Shown here one piece after another: positions 35,604 to 49,359 of a stretch of 64,000 bases of DNA. How positions within the stretch are numbered: position 1 is the stretch's first letter; every line of letters begins with the position of its first letter. The position numbers and the translations under genes were made by a program. The notes under the pieces are model-generated. The model was not told the origin of the DNA. It saw only the letters and a program-made list of their open reading frames with translations, and did not search any database. The stretch is from Cenococcum geophilum. Taxonomy: Eukaryota. The stretch is from contig CP158635.1 of the NCBI GenBank assembly GCA_050273025.1, positions 29,202,001-29,266,000 on the forward strand. Reading direction: 5' to 3'.

Positions 35604-38600
35604 TTATTTACTCTTTTCGCGAGCTTTCTTTATAGGTCGCAATAACACTATAGTATTAGAGCGCTTTTTATAACTTATAGATTGTAGACCTTGGTCCCAA
35701 TATTCTTTTAAAATATCTTTATAATAATTAAGGTAATCCTCTAGTTCCTATATAGAGTTCTTAGCGGGCCAGCCTAGCTATTTAACTTTAAATTAAAGCT
35801 TATTCTTAATAGACTTATAGTATAGTATAGCTTTAACCTTATACCGCTCGCCTACTACCTTAGGGTATTTAATTAGGCCTAAACGGAAGTTCTTTTCCGG
35901 TGGCGGTCTATGCTATAGCTCTAGTAGATTTATATAAAACACTAAATATATATAGGCTATAGATGGGGGTAGCTAGAGACAATAGGCTAGCTTACTAATT
36001 TATCCTTTAACTTAGAAGGGACCTAGGTATCTTATATTAAGCTTCTTTAATAGTTAACGGGTCTTAATATTTGTTAAACATAATAGAACCTTATCGCCTA
36101 CTCTAAAATATTTATTTTAGTGCTTACGGTTATACCAAAGTTTTTACTACTCTTAGGCATCTTATAGGCTCTACTTCGCATACTTCTATTACTCCTCCTA
36201 TTCCTAAAGGTATCCTTATACTCTTTAATAGATATCCTTAAACTTCCTAGTAGAATCCTATAACTAATTATACGGCCTTAGCCAGTAATTATTAGGTATA
36301 CTATTAAACCTAAATAGTTAAATACTATAGGCAATCCGGATTAGTATATACTTATATAATATATATTACTTTAAATTATAAGCGTACTCCATATACAGAA
36401 GTAGCTTATACTAGTTGTCTTACTAATAGTTTAAATACATCTATAGGTAAGACTCCAATTTCTAGTTCTAGCGTTCTATTTACCCGTCCGTTTATAAATA
36501 AAAAGCTATACTATAATAGTAGTCTATCTTTAAATAGAAGTATAAATCCGACCAGTACTAGCTTATAAAGACGCTACCTCTATCTATAATAATAGAGTGC
36601 GGCTAATCTACTTTAAGAAAGCATTTCTCCTTAATTAGGTTAGCTAGCGCTTATATATTAATCGTCTTATTAATAGGAAGGTATTAAACGTACTTTAAAA
36701 ACTTATTAATAAGTATAAGGACCGAATTATATATTTATCCTTAGCCATCTTTAAATAGCGGGAGATCTATAATAAAGTCTATAGCGTAATATTGCTATAG
36801 CTTGCTAGTGGGGGGAACTAATTTAAGTAGACCCTATAGCTTGTACTTACGGATCTTATATACTTAATACTTCTTATAATAGCTAATATACTCCTTTACT
36901 TCCTAATTAAGCCTTAGCTAATAGTATTTACGCTAAAGTAATTCCACTGTCTTTATTTAACTATAGTAGCCGCTTAAAGGATTATTATAATTCTTTATAA
37001 GAATCTTCTATCGTAGATTTGCTTCTTATAGCACCCAAACCTTACCACCTTTATATAGTAGGCCTATTAGGTTTAGTTCCTAATAGTAGCGCCTAGCAGC
37101 TTTCTTTTTATTATATTTCCAGTCTACTTTTACATTAAAAATAGTATAGGAAGTGTCCCTCCATTACACCTTACGGATAAGATCCGTTAACCTTTTAGAT
37201 AGTTCCTAGGTAAAAGCTATTTTATTTTATACTGCTCTAAGTATAAGACTAGATAGTACTATAGATCTTATAACTCTTTAATACACGTATATTAGGAAGG
37301 CCGCTATAAGGTTAAAGTCCTTTAGTTATTATAAGGCTCTAAGTTCTAATTACTCTATAGCCTCGCTATTAGTTTAAGGGGATAGCTTAGTAATTAGGGA
37401 TATTATATTACTAGGTTCTAAGAATATATTAGGGATATCCTATCTAAGTATATTTGGACTCTTATTAGTAATAGACCGGGTACTAACCAGAATATTAATA
37501 AAAACCAATAGGGCTTATACCACCTAAGACTTAATATATAGAGCTATAGGTGCTTAAGCATCTTATACCTAGAGCTTATTCTATAATATAGGGAGTAAGA
37601 TATCTATTATCTGTTTTCCTTCTCCTATTTTAAAGCCTTTAGTATAGTCTAGCCGTCATAACAGTCTATTAATAGGGTTATTTTCCCCTAGCTTATATTT
37701 AATCTTAAAATTAAATTATATAAGCTCCTCTACCTATCTAGCTTATTAAGGTATAAGCTCCTTTATAGTTATAAAGTAGCGTAGATTATAGTAATTTAAG
37801 AGTATATAAGTGGTATAGCTTACGTGCTTAAGGTAGTATTACTATTATTTAAAGCAGTTAATTATAGCTAGCAGTTCCTTATCATAGGTATAATACCTAA
37901 CTTTAGGTCCCTAGAATTTTCTATTATAAAATGCTACTAATCTCTAATGAAGCTAGGTAGCATCTAAATACCTATTAGGTTATAGTAGGATACTAATAAA
38001 GGCAAAATTTAATACATTAATAATTATTATTAATAGCTAATCTAGGTCGAAATACCGTAGTAATAAAGCTTCTATAAACTTTATAGAAAGTTTTTAAAAG
38101 GCCTTTTAAACCTTTCTAGGCTATAACTATAGCTTATACCATTTAGTTAGTCCCTTTTTAGTTTTTTTCCTTACCGCCTTTAAGCTTTTTACTCCTTAGG
38201 TTAAGTCTTAAAAAGCTTCTATAATATAGTTAAATAGGTATTAAGTAATATCTAAGTAGTTATAAATAAAGCGCCTATAGAAATTAGTAAAGCCTAGAAA
38301 CACTTAAACATCCTAATAGCTCTCTAGCTCCGGCCACTCCTAAATTATTTACACCCGTACTAGGTCTATAACTACACCTATAGGTGTTATAATATAACCC
38401 AGGAACTTAACCTACTTAGTATTAAAGATATACTTTAACACCTTAGTATAGAGGCCCTAATTATCTAAACGTTCCAGCACTTCGCGGATATATTACTCGT
38501 ATTAATCCTTATCTTTTAAGTAATTAAGATATTATCTAAATAGATAATATATATATAGTTAACTAGTCCCCTTAAGGCTCTATAAATATATAATTAGAAT

Positions 38601-40020
38601 ATTATAGGCGCATTAGCTAGCCCAAAAGGCATTACTAGATACTTAAAGTGGCCGTATTAGGTCTTAAAGGCGGTCTTCTACTTATCCCCTTCTTTAATAC
38701 AAAGCCTATAATAGGCGTCTTATAGATTTAGCTTTATAAAGATCTTTACCCTAAATAGTTAATTTAGCATTTTACTAACTAGTAGTAGTAGGTAACGGTT
38801 CTTAACTACAATCTTATTAAAACTATAATAGTTTATATATAACCTTATAGTTCTATCTAATTTTAAGATAAAGAGAATTAATACGCCTACCAGTAACTTA
38901 CTAGGCTAGATTTACCCCTTTTCTAGTAACCTATTAAGGTACTCCTATAAAATCTTAAGCTCTTTACGTAAGAGGTTATAGATAGGAAGGTTTAGTAGTT
39001 ATTTACCTTTTTCTAAATTAATTATATAATTGTACTCTAAGTTCTACGGTAGAACTTTAGCTCTCCTACCCAAAAATACCCTTAGTAAGTCCTTTAGGCC
39101 TACTAAAATATTTAATAAATTAGGGTCGCGTTTATCCTCTATATTATTGTTAGGTAGGTCCTAGAGCTCCCTTAGGATACTTATAGGCAGTATTATACGC
39201 TATAGTAGTTACTTATATATAGTTGCCACTATATATTACACTATTTTATACAGTAGCCAGTAGAGGGTAGAAAAATCTTTAATATAGCGCTTAAGATGCC
39301 GTAGTATACTCTCTATATATTACTTAAGCCAGAGTGACCTATAACGGTTAAAGTATCTTATAAGATCCTTAAGATCGCCGCCTCCTTATAATATCTCTAT
39401 AACCTATCTAGTAGTTCTTTATAGGGTCTCTATTATAAAGGGGTTATTACCTATACTAGGCTTTATACCCATTTTACTATTAAATAGGGGTTAAATCTAA
39501 TACTCCTTTAGGTATAGAGTGTATACTATTTTACTTAGGGCTATATTCTCCAGGATATCCTTTAGGCTTCTTAGTAATATACACCCTTTTAAATCTTTAT
39601 TATTCCACTATTTAAAGGCTCTAGTCTTAAAGCGTATTTTAAAATCTACTTCTATAAGCTAAGGGTATCTAAGGATAAGGTTATAACCTATAAAGTTAGC
39701 CACCTAAAAGGGTTATAGGCTAACCACCTTAGTGCGGTTATATATATTAGCTACTAATACTATAAGCTTATAGGCATTATATAGTTTAATCTAATACTTA
39801 TCTAGAAAGCCTATAATAGGTTTCTACTACCTTTATAATAGGATAAGTTTATACTCTTTTACTAAATTATATTGTATAAGATTAATTTCGGCGTCACTAT
39901 TATATAGTACTTAGAATTAACACACCTTACCTATAAGAAGTATTATTTTTAGCTTAATAGTAATATAGAGAGTCTCTCCTTCTATATCTTACCCTAGTTA
40001 TAACTAGGAAAGGTCTATAA
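35604..40020 (-). pseudogene. pol: Element E pol (protease, RT, RNase H, integrase, chromodomain)
   Basis: De-RIP motifs DSGAEINL (~39890), YLDDILI (~38530), YDTYDKELLAI (~37880), QTDGQ.ERQNQ (~36480) and chromodomain YEVEAIL...VKWLGWPAENSTWEP (~35740-35845). Confidence 0.92.
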
Positions 40021-40224
40021 CTAGGGCTTTTCTTTTTTTAGATTATTAGTGCGGTTATTACCCTATTTTTTTTCTAATAAGATCTTCCTTTAGAGTTTTC
40101 TCTTAACTTTTTAGAGTATTTCTATAAAGGTGCCGGACGGGTATTAGGTTAGCCCTAGAAGTCTTTCCTATTATTTAAGGTTCCTAACTTTAACCCTTTT
40201 AAAGTTCTCTCTAGTTTTCCTTAC

Positions 40225-43200
40225 TGTCACGGCACTGACTTACCACATACTGTTCCATACTGTCTTGTACTGTTTCCTACCGTTAGCTAGCCCACCACTA
40301 GCGCCTCAGCGGCTGGCCCTACTATTCGTATACAATACCCCTTTTCACCTTCTTCTCCTCTTCATACCACAACGTAGTTATTTAGTCTACTTTATTGCAG
40401 CACTATAACAGTTTATGGTATCTCTAATTGCGCCCTATTACGATCTCTGCTCTTCCTAGTCCACTATCTCCGTTTTCCTAGTATAATTGCAACCTAGCGC
40501 GACTAACAACACCATACTATAGTCCTAGATAATCTTAGTACAATCCTAAATAATCTTAGTATTACAGCCAGCCTTACAGATTTTAATTACTCTACCCAGA
40601 CCCTTCGGAATGGGCGACTATAATATAGATAATACCCCGTCGGCGAACACACGCGAAGCACTCGCCTGCCTCTTTAATACCTCCTATAACTATATCGCCT
40701 AGGTAATTAGAAGTGGTCCGGAGTACCCTAAGGACCTTAACGTAGCAGGAACCTTCTAGCACCTCTCTATATGTATAACCTTCTTAACTAGCATTAAGAG
40801 CGGCCTCTAAGCCGTCTACGACAAAGGTTAAACCGCAAAGTCCCAACTTAAAGAAGCCTAGCACAGGATTAACTCCCTTATGACGCTTAAACTACGTCTA
40901 TAATAATATGAACAGCAAGCCTTAATATACACTATAACTATACAAAACCTAAGCTTTTAGATTACCACACTTACCTAGACCATCGCCGATAAGAATATAG
41001 CTGCTAGCTCCTATTCTCTTATTAAGCCCTATAGGAAAAAGCGTAAAGTAAAAGATCCAACCCCGTTTAATAGTAAGGGATCACTAACTAAAAAGCAAGA
41101 AAAATTTAAAATATAGGAAATAAAGATCTAAGGCGTTTTCTAAAGGGACGCAAAGTGCTTTAAAACCCTAATAGACGAAGTCCTCTATATATCAGATATG
41201 CTAATAGATAAGGCTTATAACTATATTAAGCATAGCCTTAATACGCTACGCATACACCCAAGCAACCTAAGTAAATGGATCTTCTCCAACCAAAAGTCTA
41301 TGCTCGTGTATATGAGGAAGCACTATAAGACCATAGATATAACCCAAGCAGCTAAAAATAAGTTAAATACCCTAAACCAGGGCGAGTATAACTACTGGTC
41401 CTAAAAGGCAGAGCTTAATAAATTAATAATTAAAGCAAATAAGACTAAGGAATAAAAAGTGGATTTACTTAAGAAGAATATTTCCTTAAAGATAAAGGAC
41501 CTAGCCCTTACCCTTAACCGCAAAATCAGCGATGCTAACTACGTAGGATAGAGTGAGTAGATGGATATATTCGCTTATAACTTATAGAACCACGCTTATT
41601 ATACCAAGCTAAATACTACTAAATTAAGCACCGCTGGCGGCTATTAACCTATATCACCACAGAATGATCCAATAGACCTTAACGCCGCTAAATTCGGTAG
41701 CGGTAGCGGTAGCCTCCCCGATAATATCTAAAGATATTATATAGATAACAGACTCTATATAGCATATGGTTAACCTAGCCACTAAAAAGATGCTTATAAC
41801 CCTAGTAAGAACCTAAATCCCCTTTTAATGCCACGGCGCCAACCCCTTTCTAGCCGCGGCGGATTCTTTAATAGAGGAAATAGTAACTAAGGCGGTAACC
41901 GTAGACGGGGATATAGGTCCGGATATAGAGACCTACCCCTACAATTTTCTTCCCCAATATAGCCCTAGCCGATAGTCCCGTACGTAAACTACGGATAAAT
42001 ACTCCGTGCTAGTACTAACCGTAAGACCGGCTATATTCTTGGTAAAGTACCCCCTAGTATATATACACCATTAGAGACCAACACGTTAGGATATACTAAC
42101 TAAGACCATAGCTACTAGCCGAGCCCTACAATCCAGTTATTAAAAGGCCAACCCTTAGACTAAGTCACCTTTAAGGGTTAGAACTATACAGGGAGGAGGA
42201 TAAAAGGATTAGATCTATACTACTAGATCAGTTAAACCTTATTCTAAACCAGCTACTACTTAACCTTAGAATAGCAAATAATAATAGAAATGCTATTCTT
42301 ATTTAGACCTACCTCTTCTTACTACGCAACCTACTCCTAGAAGTTTTTATTAAAACAGTTAGCCTTATTAATAGTAGTAGTATAGCACTAGCGTTTGCAG
42401 ACAAAGACTTACTTATAAAAAAGCATAATATTATAATAAAAAGACTCCTAGCCCTAAAAACACTCTGCCTTACTAACGGACTCCCATCTAGCTTTATTAC
42501 CCATTACTTTACAGCAAAAATAACAATTGGCCACTATATAGAATTTATACTTTTCTATATTACGAAGTTATTACCCTTAATACCAGTAATTCTTGGAATG
42601 CCCTAGCTTAAAAAGCACAACCTAAGAATAGACTTCCCCGTCCTAGAGCTTAAGTTTAACTCCAATTACTATACCTATAACTATCTCCTATAGCACATCC
42701 CTAACTATAACTGAGTAGTATTAAGCGGACGCATTATATAGCTAACGCTTAGATACCAACAGCCAATAATAAAAGAAGTGCCTAATACTAGTAAACTAAT
42801 ATACGCAGTAAACGAAGCGGAGATTCTAGAAGACTGGACCACCGCCCCATCCCTAAGAAAATAACTTTCTACTAAGTCCCACCGTAACTGTTTACTAAGT
42901 TCCACCGCAACTATCCACTAAGTTCCACTGTAACTATCTACCAAGTTCTACCGCAATCCACTGTCTCCTGCCTGTACTATAACACTACTAGAACTATAAG
43001 TCTCTCGCATACACCCGCTTAACCTAGGTTAGGTAATAAAACACCTAACTTTAAGATATTTGCTATATGTATATATAACCATATATATAACAGCTAAGGC
43101 CGTTATAGCTAAGGCCGAAACCAGAGCAATTAAGACCTCCCCCCCGTAACGCCCAACCTTATATTTATCTCCCGCGCGTACCGTATAGGGCCGCCGCCTC

Positions 43201-46200
43201 ATTTCCGTCCCCCTAGGCTAACTGAGTTGTACTAGCCTAACTATAGCACTGGGGAACTAGACACGCCCTAACCTAGACGATATTAAATATACTTATGCCG
43301 TTAATTTCACCTAGTTCTATAAATAAAAAGGCGTAAAGGTAATAAGGATCTATATAGCGGAGCTAGTAGAATTAGTTAAATAAGAACACTAACGGCTACT
43401 TAAGGAGCTGCCTATAGGCCTAATAGAAGTACCAAACCTATTAGAAAGGTCTTTTCGCTAGCTAGTAGAAGGCGACTATATAATAGAGAAAGCCCGTAAA
43501 GCGCTACCCCTTTATTTTTATAACTTCCTTAAAATAAACCTTAAAACTAAGTCCGAGCTCCTACGCCGAAAGATAGTTAATACTAATATTAAGAAGTTCC
43601 TAAAAGGCAAGCCAGAATTAACCCGTAAAGATATTTTATAATGCTTACTAAAAGAGTTCCGCGAATATATTAAATACTTTCTCCCTAAGAACGCGGATAA
43701 GCTACCCCCTTACTAACTATGGGACCATAAAATTAAGATTATACCCGGAAAGTAAGCCCCGTACTATAAAAATAGACCACTTTTACCCGCTAAACTTACG
43801 TATATAAAGAGGTGGATTAACGAAATGCTGGATAAGGGTTTTATCCGCGAGTTAACCTTACTAGCTACCGTACCACTCCTCCTTACTACGAAACCTGGTG
43901 GCGGTATATAAATCTACTATAACTACTAAGGCCTAAACACAGTTACTATTAAAAATTGATACCTATTGCCACTAGTCCGCGAGACACTTAACGCACTTTA
44001 TGGTGCTAAGTACTTTACTAAGCTTAATATAATCGCTACGTTTAACCGGATCCGGATTACGGAAGGCTATAAATAGCTTACAGTATTTATTACCCGATTT
44101 GGACTCTATAAGATATTAGTTATACTATTTAGTCTCTATAACACGCCCGCTATATTCTAGAACTATATCAACTATGTCTTACACAACGCCCTTAACAACT
44201 ATTGCACTACGTACCTTAATAATATCCTTATCTTCTCTAAAACACGTGCTAAGTACACAAAATATGTAAATAAAATTATCTAAAGACTTAGTAATGCCGG
44301 ACTCCAGATTAACATTAATAAGTCTAAGTTTTATACTACTAAAACAAAATACCTTAGCCTAATTATCTTAACTAACGGCATAACTATAAACCCTAAGAAG
44401 GTGCAGGCCTTGCAGGAATGGAAGGACCTAACGTTAGTAAAGAAACTATAGCAGTTTCTTAGCTTCGCGAACTTCTACTAACAATTTATCTAAAGCTATT
44501 CTAAAATAGTTAAGCCTATAACTAGGCTACTAAAGAAGAGCACTAGCTGGTTATAGGGCCCCGATTAAGTAGAAGCGTTCCAGACCCTAAAAATAGCGTT
44601 TACCACAGCACCGGTCTTAGCATATTATAACTATATAAAAAAGACTATAATAGAAATAGACGCCTTAAACTAGGCTTTAGGTAGAGTGCTCTACTAAGCT
44701 AATAAAAACAACAAGCTTAAGCCAGTTGCATTCTTCTCTGCTAAGCACTTAGCCCCTAAATGCAACTATAAAATATACAACAAGGAGCTCCTAGCAATAG
44801 TTAAGGCACTAGAAGAATGGCGCCCCGAACTATAAGGAACTAAGCAGCCGTTTAAAATTATTACGGACTATAAGAACCTTTAGATCTTTATAATAATAAA
44901 ACAACTAAACTAGCACCAAGTCCGCTAGGCTAAGTTCCTTTTCCAATTTAACTTTATTATTACCTATAGGCCTAGCACTAAAGCCACAATCCTAGATACT
45001 CTTAGCCGCCTCCTAGGCATAATACCTACTAATACTAGTAATGAACGTCTACAACACTAAGACCGCGTTATCTTACTACTAAAGAAAGTCGACCCCGCTA
45101 TCCTAGAAGAGCTGCTAAGCAAATCCCAAAACCAGAGCGTTAAAGACTTTATAGCAGTAATAGACCCAAAGCCTAAGAAAAAACCCCTTAAGGAGCTTAT
45201 TAAGAATGCCTATAAGGAGAATAAACTTACTAGGGATATATTAGCTGCGCTACGCGAATAGGAAGGCCGTAAAGCACGCCGTTGGCCTAAGTAGATTAGG
45301 AAGTTACTCCGCTATAACAAATCTAAATATTTAATTATTAACGGCCTAATCTACTATAGGAATTAAGTATTTGTCCCTAATTCGCCTAAACTCCAACTAG
45401 AAGTTATATATTGCACGTATAGTTCGGGTCCTACGGGCCACCCGGGCCGCGTTAAGACACTAGACCTCCTTAATCAAACCTATTAGTAGCTAGGTATTTT
45501 ACAGTTTATAGCTACCTTTATAAAAGACTACGCTCTCTACTTCTATATAAAGACCCCACGCTTAGCACCACCTAGTTTCCTAAAACTACTAAAACTACCA
45601 GTTCGCCTATAGACTAATATCTCTATTAACTACGTCGTCAACCTACCTAAGTGCCTTCGTAATGGCAAAATATATAGATATATCTTCGTCGTTATTAACC
45701 ACCTAATAAAGATAAGACACTTTATTTCTGTTACTAGCCTAGACACTAAGGAGCTTATTAAAGCATTTATCTATACTATCTATAAGTTATATGGTGCTCT
45801 AAATACTATTATTTTTAATAGAGGCTCTTTATTCGTTTCTGACTTCTAGCGTCGCCTAAACTAGCGCCTAAAGGTAACCCTAAGCCCCAGTTCTATATGG
45901 CACCCTAAAATAGATAGCTAAACCAAGATTATTAATGCAGCAATAAATAAGTACCTATGCGCCTTCGTAAGCTTCACCTAAGATAACTAGGTAGATTGGC
46001 TCCCCCTTATTAAGTTCGCTATAAATAACTAGGTTAATAAGACCACGGGATTCTTACTATTCTTCGCCAATTATAGCTATAACCTACGTCTAGGCGTCAA
46101 ACCAGCGGGCCCCTAGCCATTAGCCCTATCTGTATATATAAAGAAAGAGTACCTATAAGCTAATACTATTGCGAACCGCTTTAAGCGTATCTTAACTTAG

Positions 46201-47217
46201 CTTAAGGCCCTAGCCTATATCTCCCAGCAACGCTATAAAGATAACGCTAATATAAAATAGGACGAAGGTATAATATTTAAAAAGGATAATATAGTTATAG
46301 TTAGCCTTAAAAATATAAAGACTAACCGGCCTAAGAGGAAGTAGGATAATAATTAGGATAGACCTTAGCCCGTCTTAGCTACCTATAGAGGGGCAGTTAT
46401 AGTGGACCTCCTAGACTATATTCGTGTTAATAAGTCTTTCTATATATTAAAAGTCCGCCTCTAGTTCCCCAAGGAGATCCCTGGCCAAGCATATATTAAC
46501 AAGAAGAAACGTTATAACGTTATAGGTAGAATAGCTAAAAGGGATAATAACGGCAATATTACAGACAAGTGGGAATTTAAGAAGATCCTTAATATATATA
46601 ATAAATAAAGGGACGAGCATAGCTTAACATACTATATTAAGTGGAAGTATTATAATAAAGAAACCTAGGAACCCGAGAAATCCCTAAAAGGGTGCGAGCG
46701 TACACTACTTAAGTTCTATAAGCAACACCTTAAGAAGCTAAGACCCCCAGACTGGGCATAAGATAAGGAAGAGTCGTTACGTTAAGGTCGATTATATAAT
46801 AGTTAAGATATTATAGAACTTTAACCGCCGGTTAAAGTTATTTAATTAGTTAGATTCTTATAAAAGGCGCAGCACTAGACTAATTTGGATAGCGGTGTGG
46901 AATTCTACTAACTCCATTTACTAAGCCAACTAATTAGGATTTTCTATCCCCGGGATAGAAAATCGCGCATTACCTGTTTTTGGAGTTACCTATTTAGTTT
47001 AGGGACCAAACCTTTTAGGGAAGGGGAGTACTGTTACGGCACTAACTTGCTATATACTGTTCTATACTATCTTGTACTATTTCCTACCGTTAGCTAGCCT
47101 ACCACTAGCGCCTTAGCGGCTGGCCCTACTATTTATATACAATACCCCTTTTTACCTTCTTCTCCTCTTTATACCACAACGTAGTTATTTAGTCTACTTT
47201 ATTGCAGCACTATAACA
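40225..47217 (+). mobile_element. Full-length Ty3/Gypsy chromovirus family B, copy B2 (7.0 kb)
   Basis: 186-bp LTRs at 40225..40410 and 47032..47217, nearly identical to the B1 LTRs. Perfect TSD CTTAC. PPT AGGGAAGGGGAG. gag about 40610-42160 and pol about 42170-46785 with chromodomain. Confidence 0.96.
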
Positions 47218-47672
47218 CTTACTAAAATTTACTTAAATACACCTTTTTATACCACCTATAACTTAATAACCTTTTAATAGAATTTTGTAAAAATTGTAAT
47301 ATAGCTTATTAAATACTATGTTTATATTTTTAATTAAAAAAAGTATTTAAAATATTAAAATGTTAATACTAAAAATAACGCAAAAAAAAGTACCTTTTTA
47401 ATATAAATGTAAATTATTAATATTAATATTAATAGGCCTAATATATAGCTATATTATATTATTATATAACCATTATAAAGCTTATTCTTTATAACCAAGG
47501 TTAAAAAACTTTTGGAGCTCTTACTGCACCCGGCCCAAAAAGACCAAAACCAACTAAAAGAACCCTGAAAAACACCTAGAGAATCCCCCTAAGATATATA
47601 CATCGCAGGGGAGGCACACGTCGAACGACGGTGGCTTGCACTTGCGCGCGACCGCTAGAACTACGCCTAGCA

Positions 47673-49240
47673 ATGGCCCTTTATAATAAAGACGGGCAAA
47701 TACCACACTATAAAGCGGAAATACCTCTATTAAGAAGGTATCTAATAAAATATAAAGCCTATTGGACGCGTCTAGTATCTAGAATTGTAGGGAAATAACC
47801 GTTAGCTATAACGAACTAATATAGCTAGCAGAATGGCTCCGCCAGTCTAGCGAACCTTAGGCGCCCCTCTAGTAAACCCTTAATTAAATTCTCTAACGGC
47901 TAAGCAAAATTAAAAATAAGTATAATCCCCCCTTACCGGCGAACCGCACCTGGGCCGCCATAGCTACGCTTTTATAGCATAGGGAATTTACCCCCCTTAA
48001 GTTAATAACTGGGTATATAATTATAATATAACCAAATATAGAATAAGCAGAGGGTCTTAGGGGATAATTAGAAATAGAAGTCCTTATAGAGATACGTAAA
48101 GAGGTTTATAACGCTATTATAGTCCAATACCTTAAGAGCGGAGATATTAGAGTTACCCTAAAGGACTAATAGGCAAAGGAACGAGCCGTAAGGGTAGGGG
48201 ATAGGCTAGGAGAACGTATTGGCATAAAAGTACTCCGCAAGGATTACCTAGTTAAAGTCCTAGCGGTTCCTATAAGCCTTAGGGTAGAAAAGGGACGCTA
48301 AGCGGACAATATAGCAATTATATAGGAGATAGTAAGACAAACGGAACGCCTTATACTAGGACTCGAAATCACCCAAATCTAATAACTTTAATAGGAAAAT
48401 ACAAACTAAGTATATAACGAGAATAATAAGAGGATATAAGGGTCGCCGGAGACTTGCTAGGGAGACGCCGGACGAACGTATAGCTCCCTTATTATTAGTA
48501 CACATATACTAGGAATGCAAAAACTCCTTATCTAAAAAGGAATAATTATAAATGGCCTTATATATAATACAAGGCTCTATAACCACAGACTACGCCTAGA
48601 ATAATGCTATTATTATATATAATGGGGACATACCTAATCTATATGCGCAGCACAGGTGTGCTGCGGCCACTGTATAGGCCCCTATAATACGAGATATTGC
48701 TTAAATTAAGACTAAATAAAATGCGTAAACTGCCACCGAAGCATATATAAGGCGTAGAAGAGAGAAGACTGCATTAAATATAGGAGACGGAAGGTAAGGG
48801 CTTAATAGCTGCGGGAATAACTGCATGCTAGGTTATACAAATAAAAACAACAGGCGATAAGCTAGGGGGACGCAGGCGCCTTCCTAGCATTTCCTACCTT
48901 TAATACTAAAGGGCTAGGCCAGCCATCCTAAGCCTTAACGGGCCAGAAGCGACGCCGCGTAATATCACCAGACCGATTAGGGATATAAGGGTTACAGGGG
49001 ACATAAGGGAGAGGACGCCCTGTAGGAAGACCCCTATAGACAGCGATAGTAGGCTTAAGACTAGGACAATTAAGAATTAGACTTAATGCGGTAAATATAA
49101 CATTCGCAGCCGACCTATAAAGGGTATATAGCCGACTAGTAAGAATAGGGGAAGAACCAGTAATAATAACAGATTTAGATATAGAAGCGCTAACAGGAAC
49201 ATAAAATACGGGAATGGAAAGCTCTATATAAAATGAGTAG
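47673..49240 (+). pseudogene. LINE ORF1 (gag-like, three CCHC knuckles)
   Basis: ATG at 47673. De-RIP CY.C..WGHTQ..C, CGHCAGPHDTRYC and CVNC...H.AW...C at about 48605-48772. Confidence 0.85.
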
Positions 49241-49359
49241 TAACTAGGGTATAGATATAAGAGATAGAAGCTTTAAATATCTTAGAGAAAGTGAAAATAG
49301 AAGAAGTAAGAAACAAAGGAGAGTTAAAGGACCCTCACTAGGGGTCCGCCACCTATCCA

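Larger units (their letters stand above)
18439..40211 (-). mobile_element. Ty3/Gypsy chromovirus family E with extra ORF3, 5'-truncated, hosting element D
   Basis: Minus-strand order is gag tail (~40200-40030), pol (~40020..35604), extra ORF (~35330..33441 + 19705..18763), PPT GGTGGGAGAGGTA (18728..18716), then the 3' LTR. No second LTR in the window. Confidence 0.8.

Noticed and set aside
41198..41404. 68-aa ORF (similarly 57138..57353 and 60910..61137)
   Set aside because: Stop-free fragments within gag, transposase or pol pseudogenes, not independent genes.
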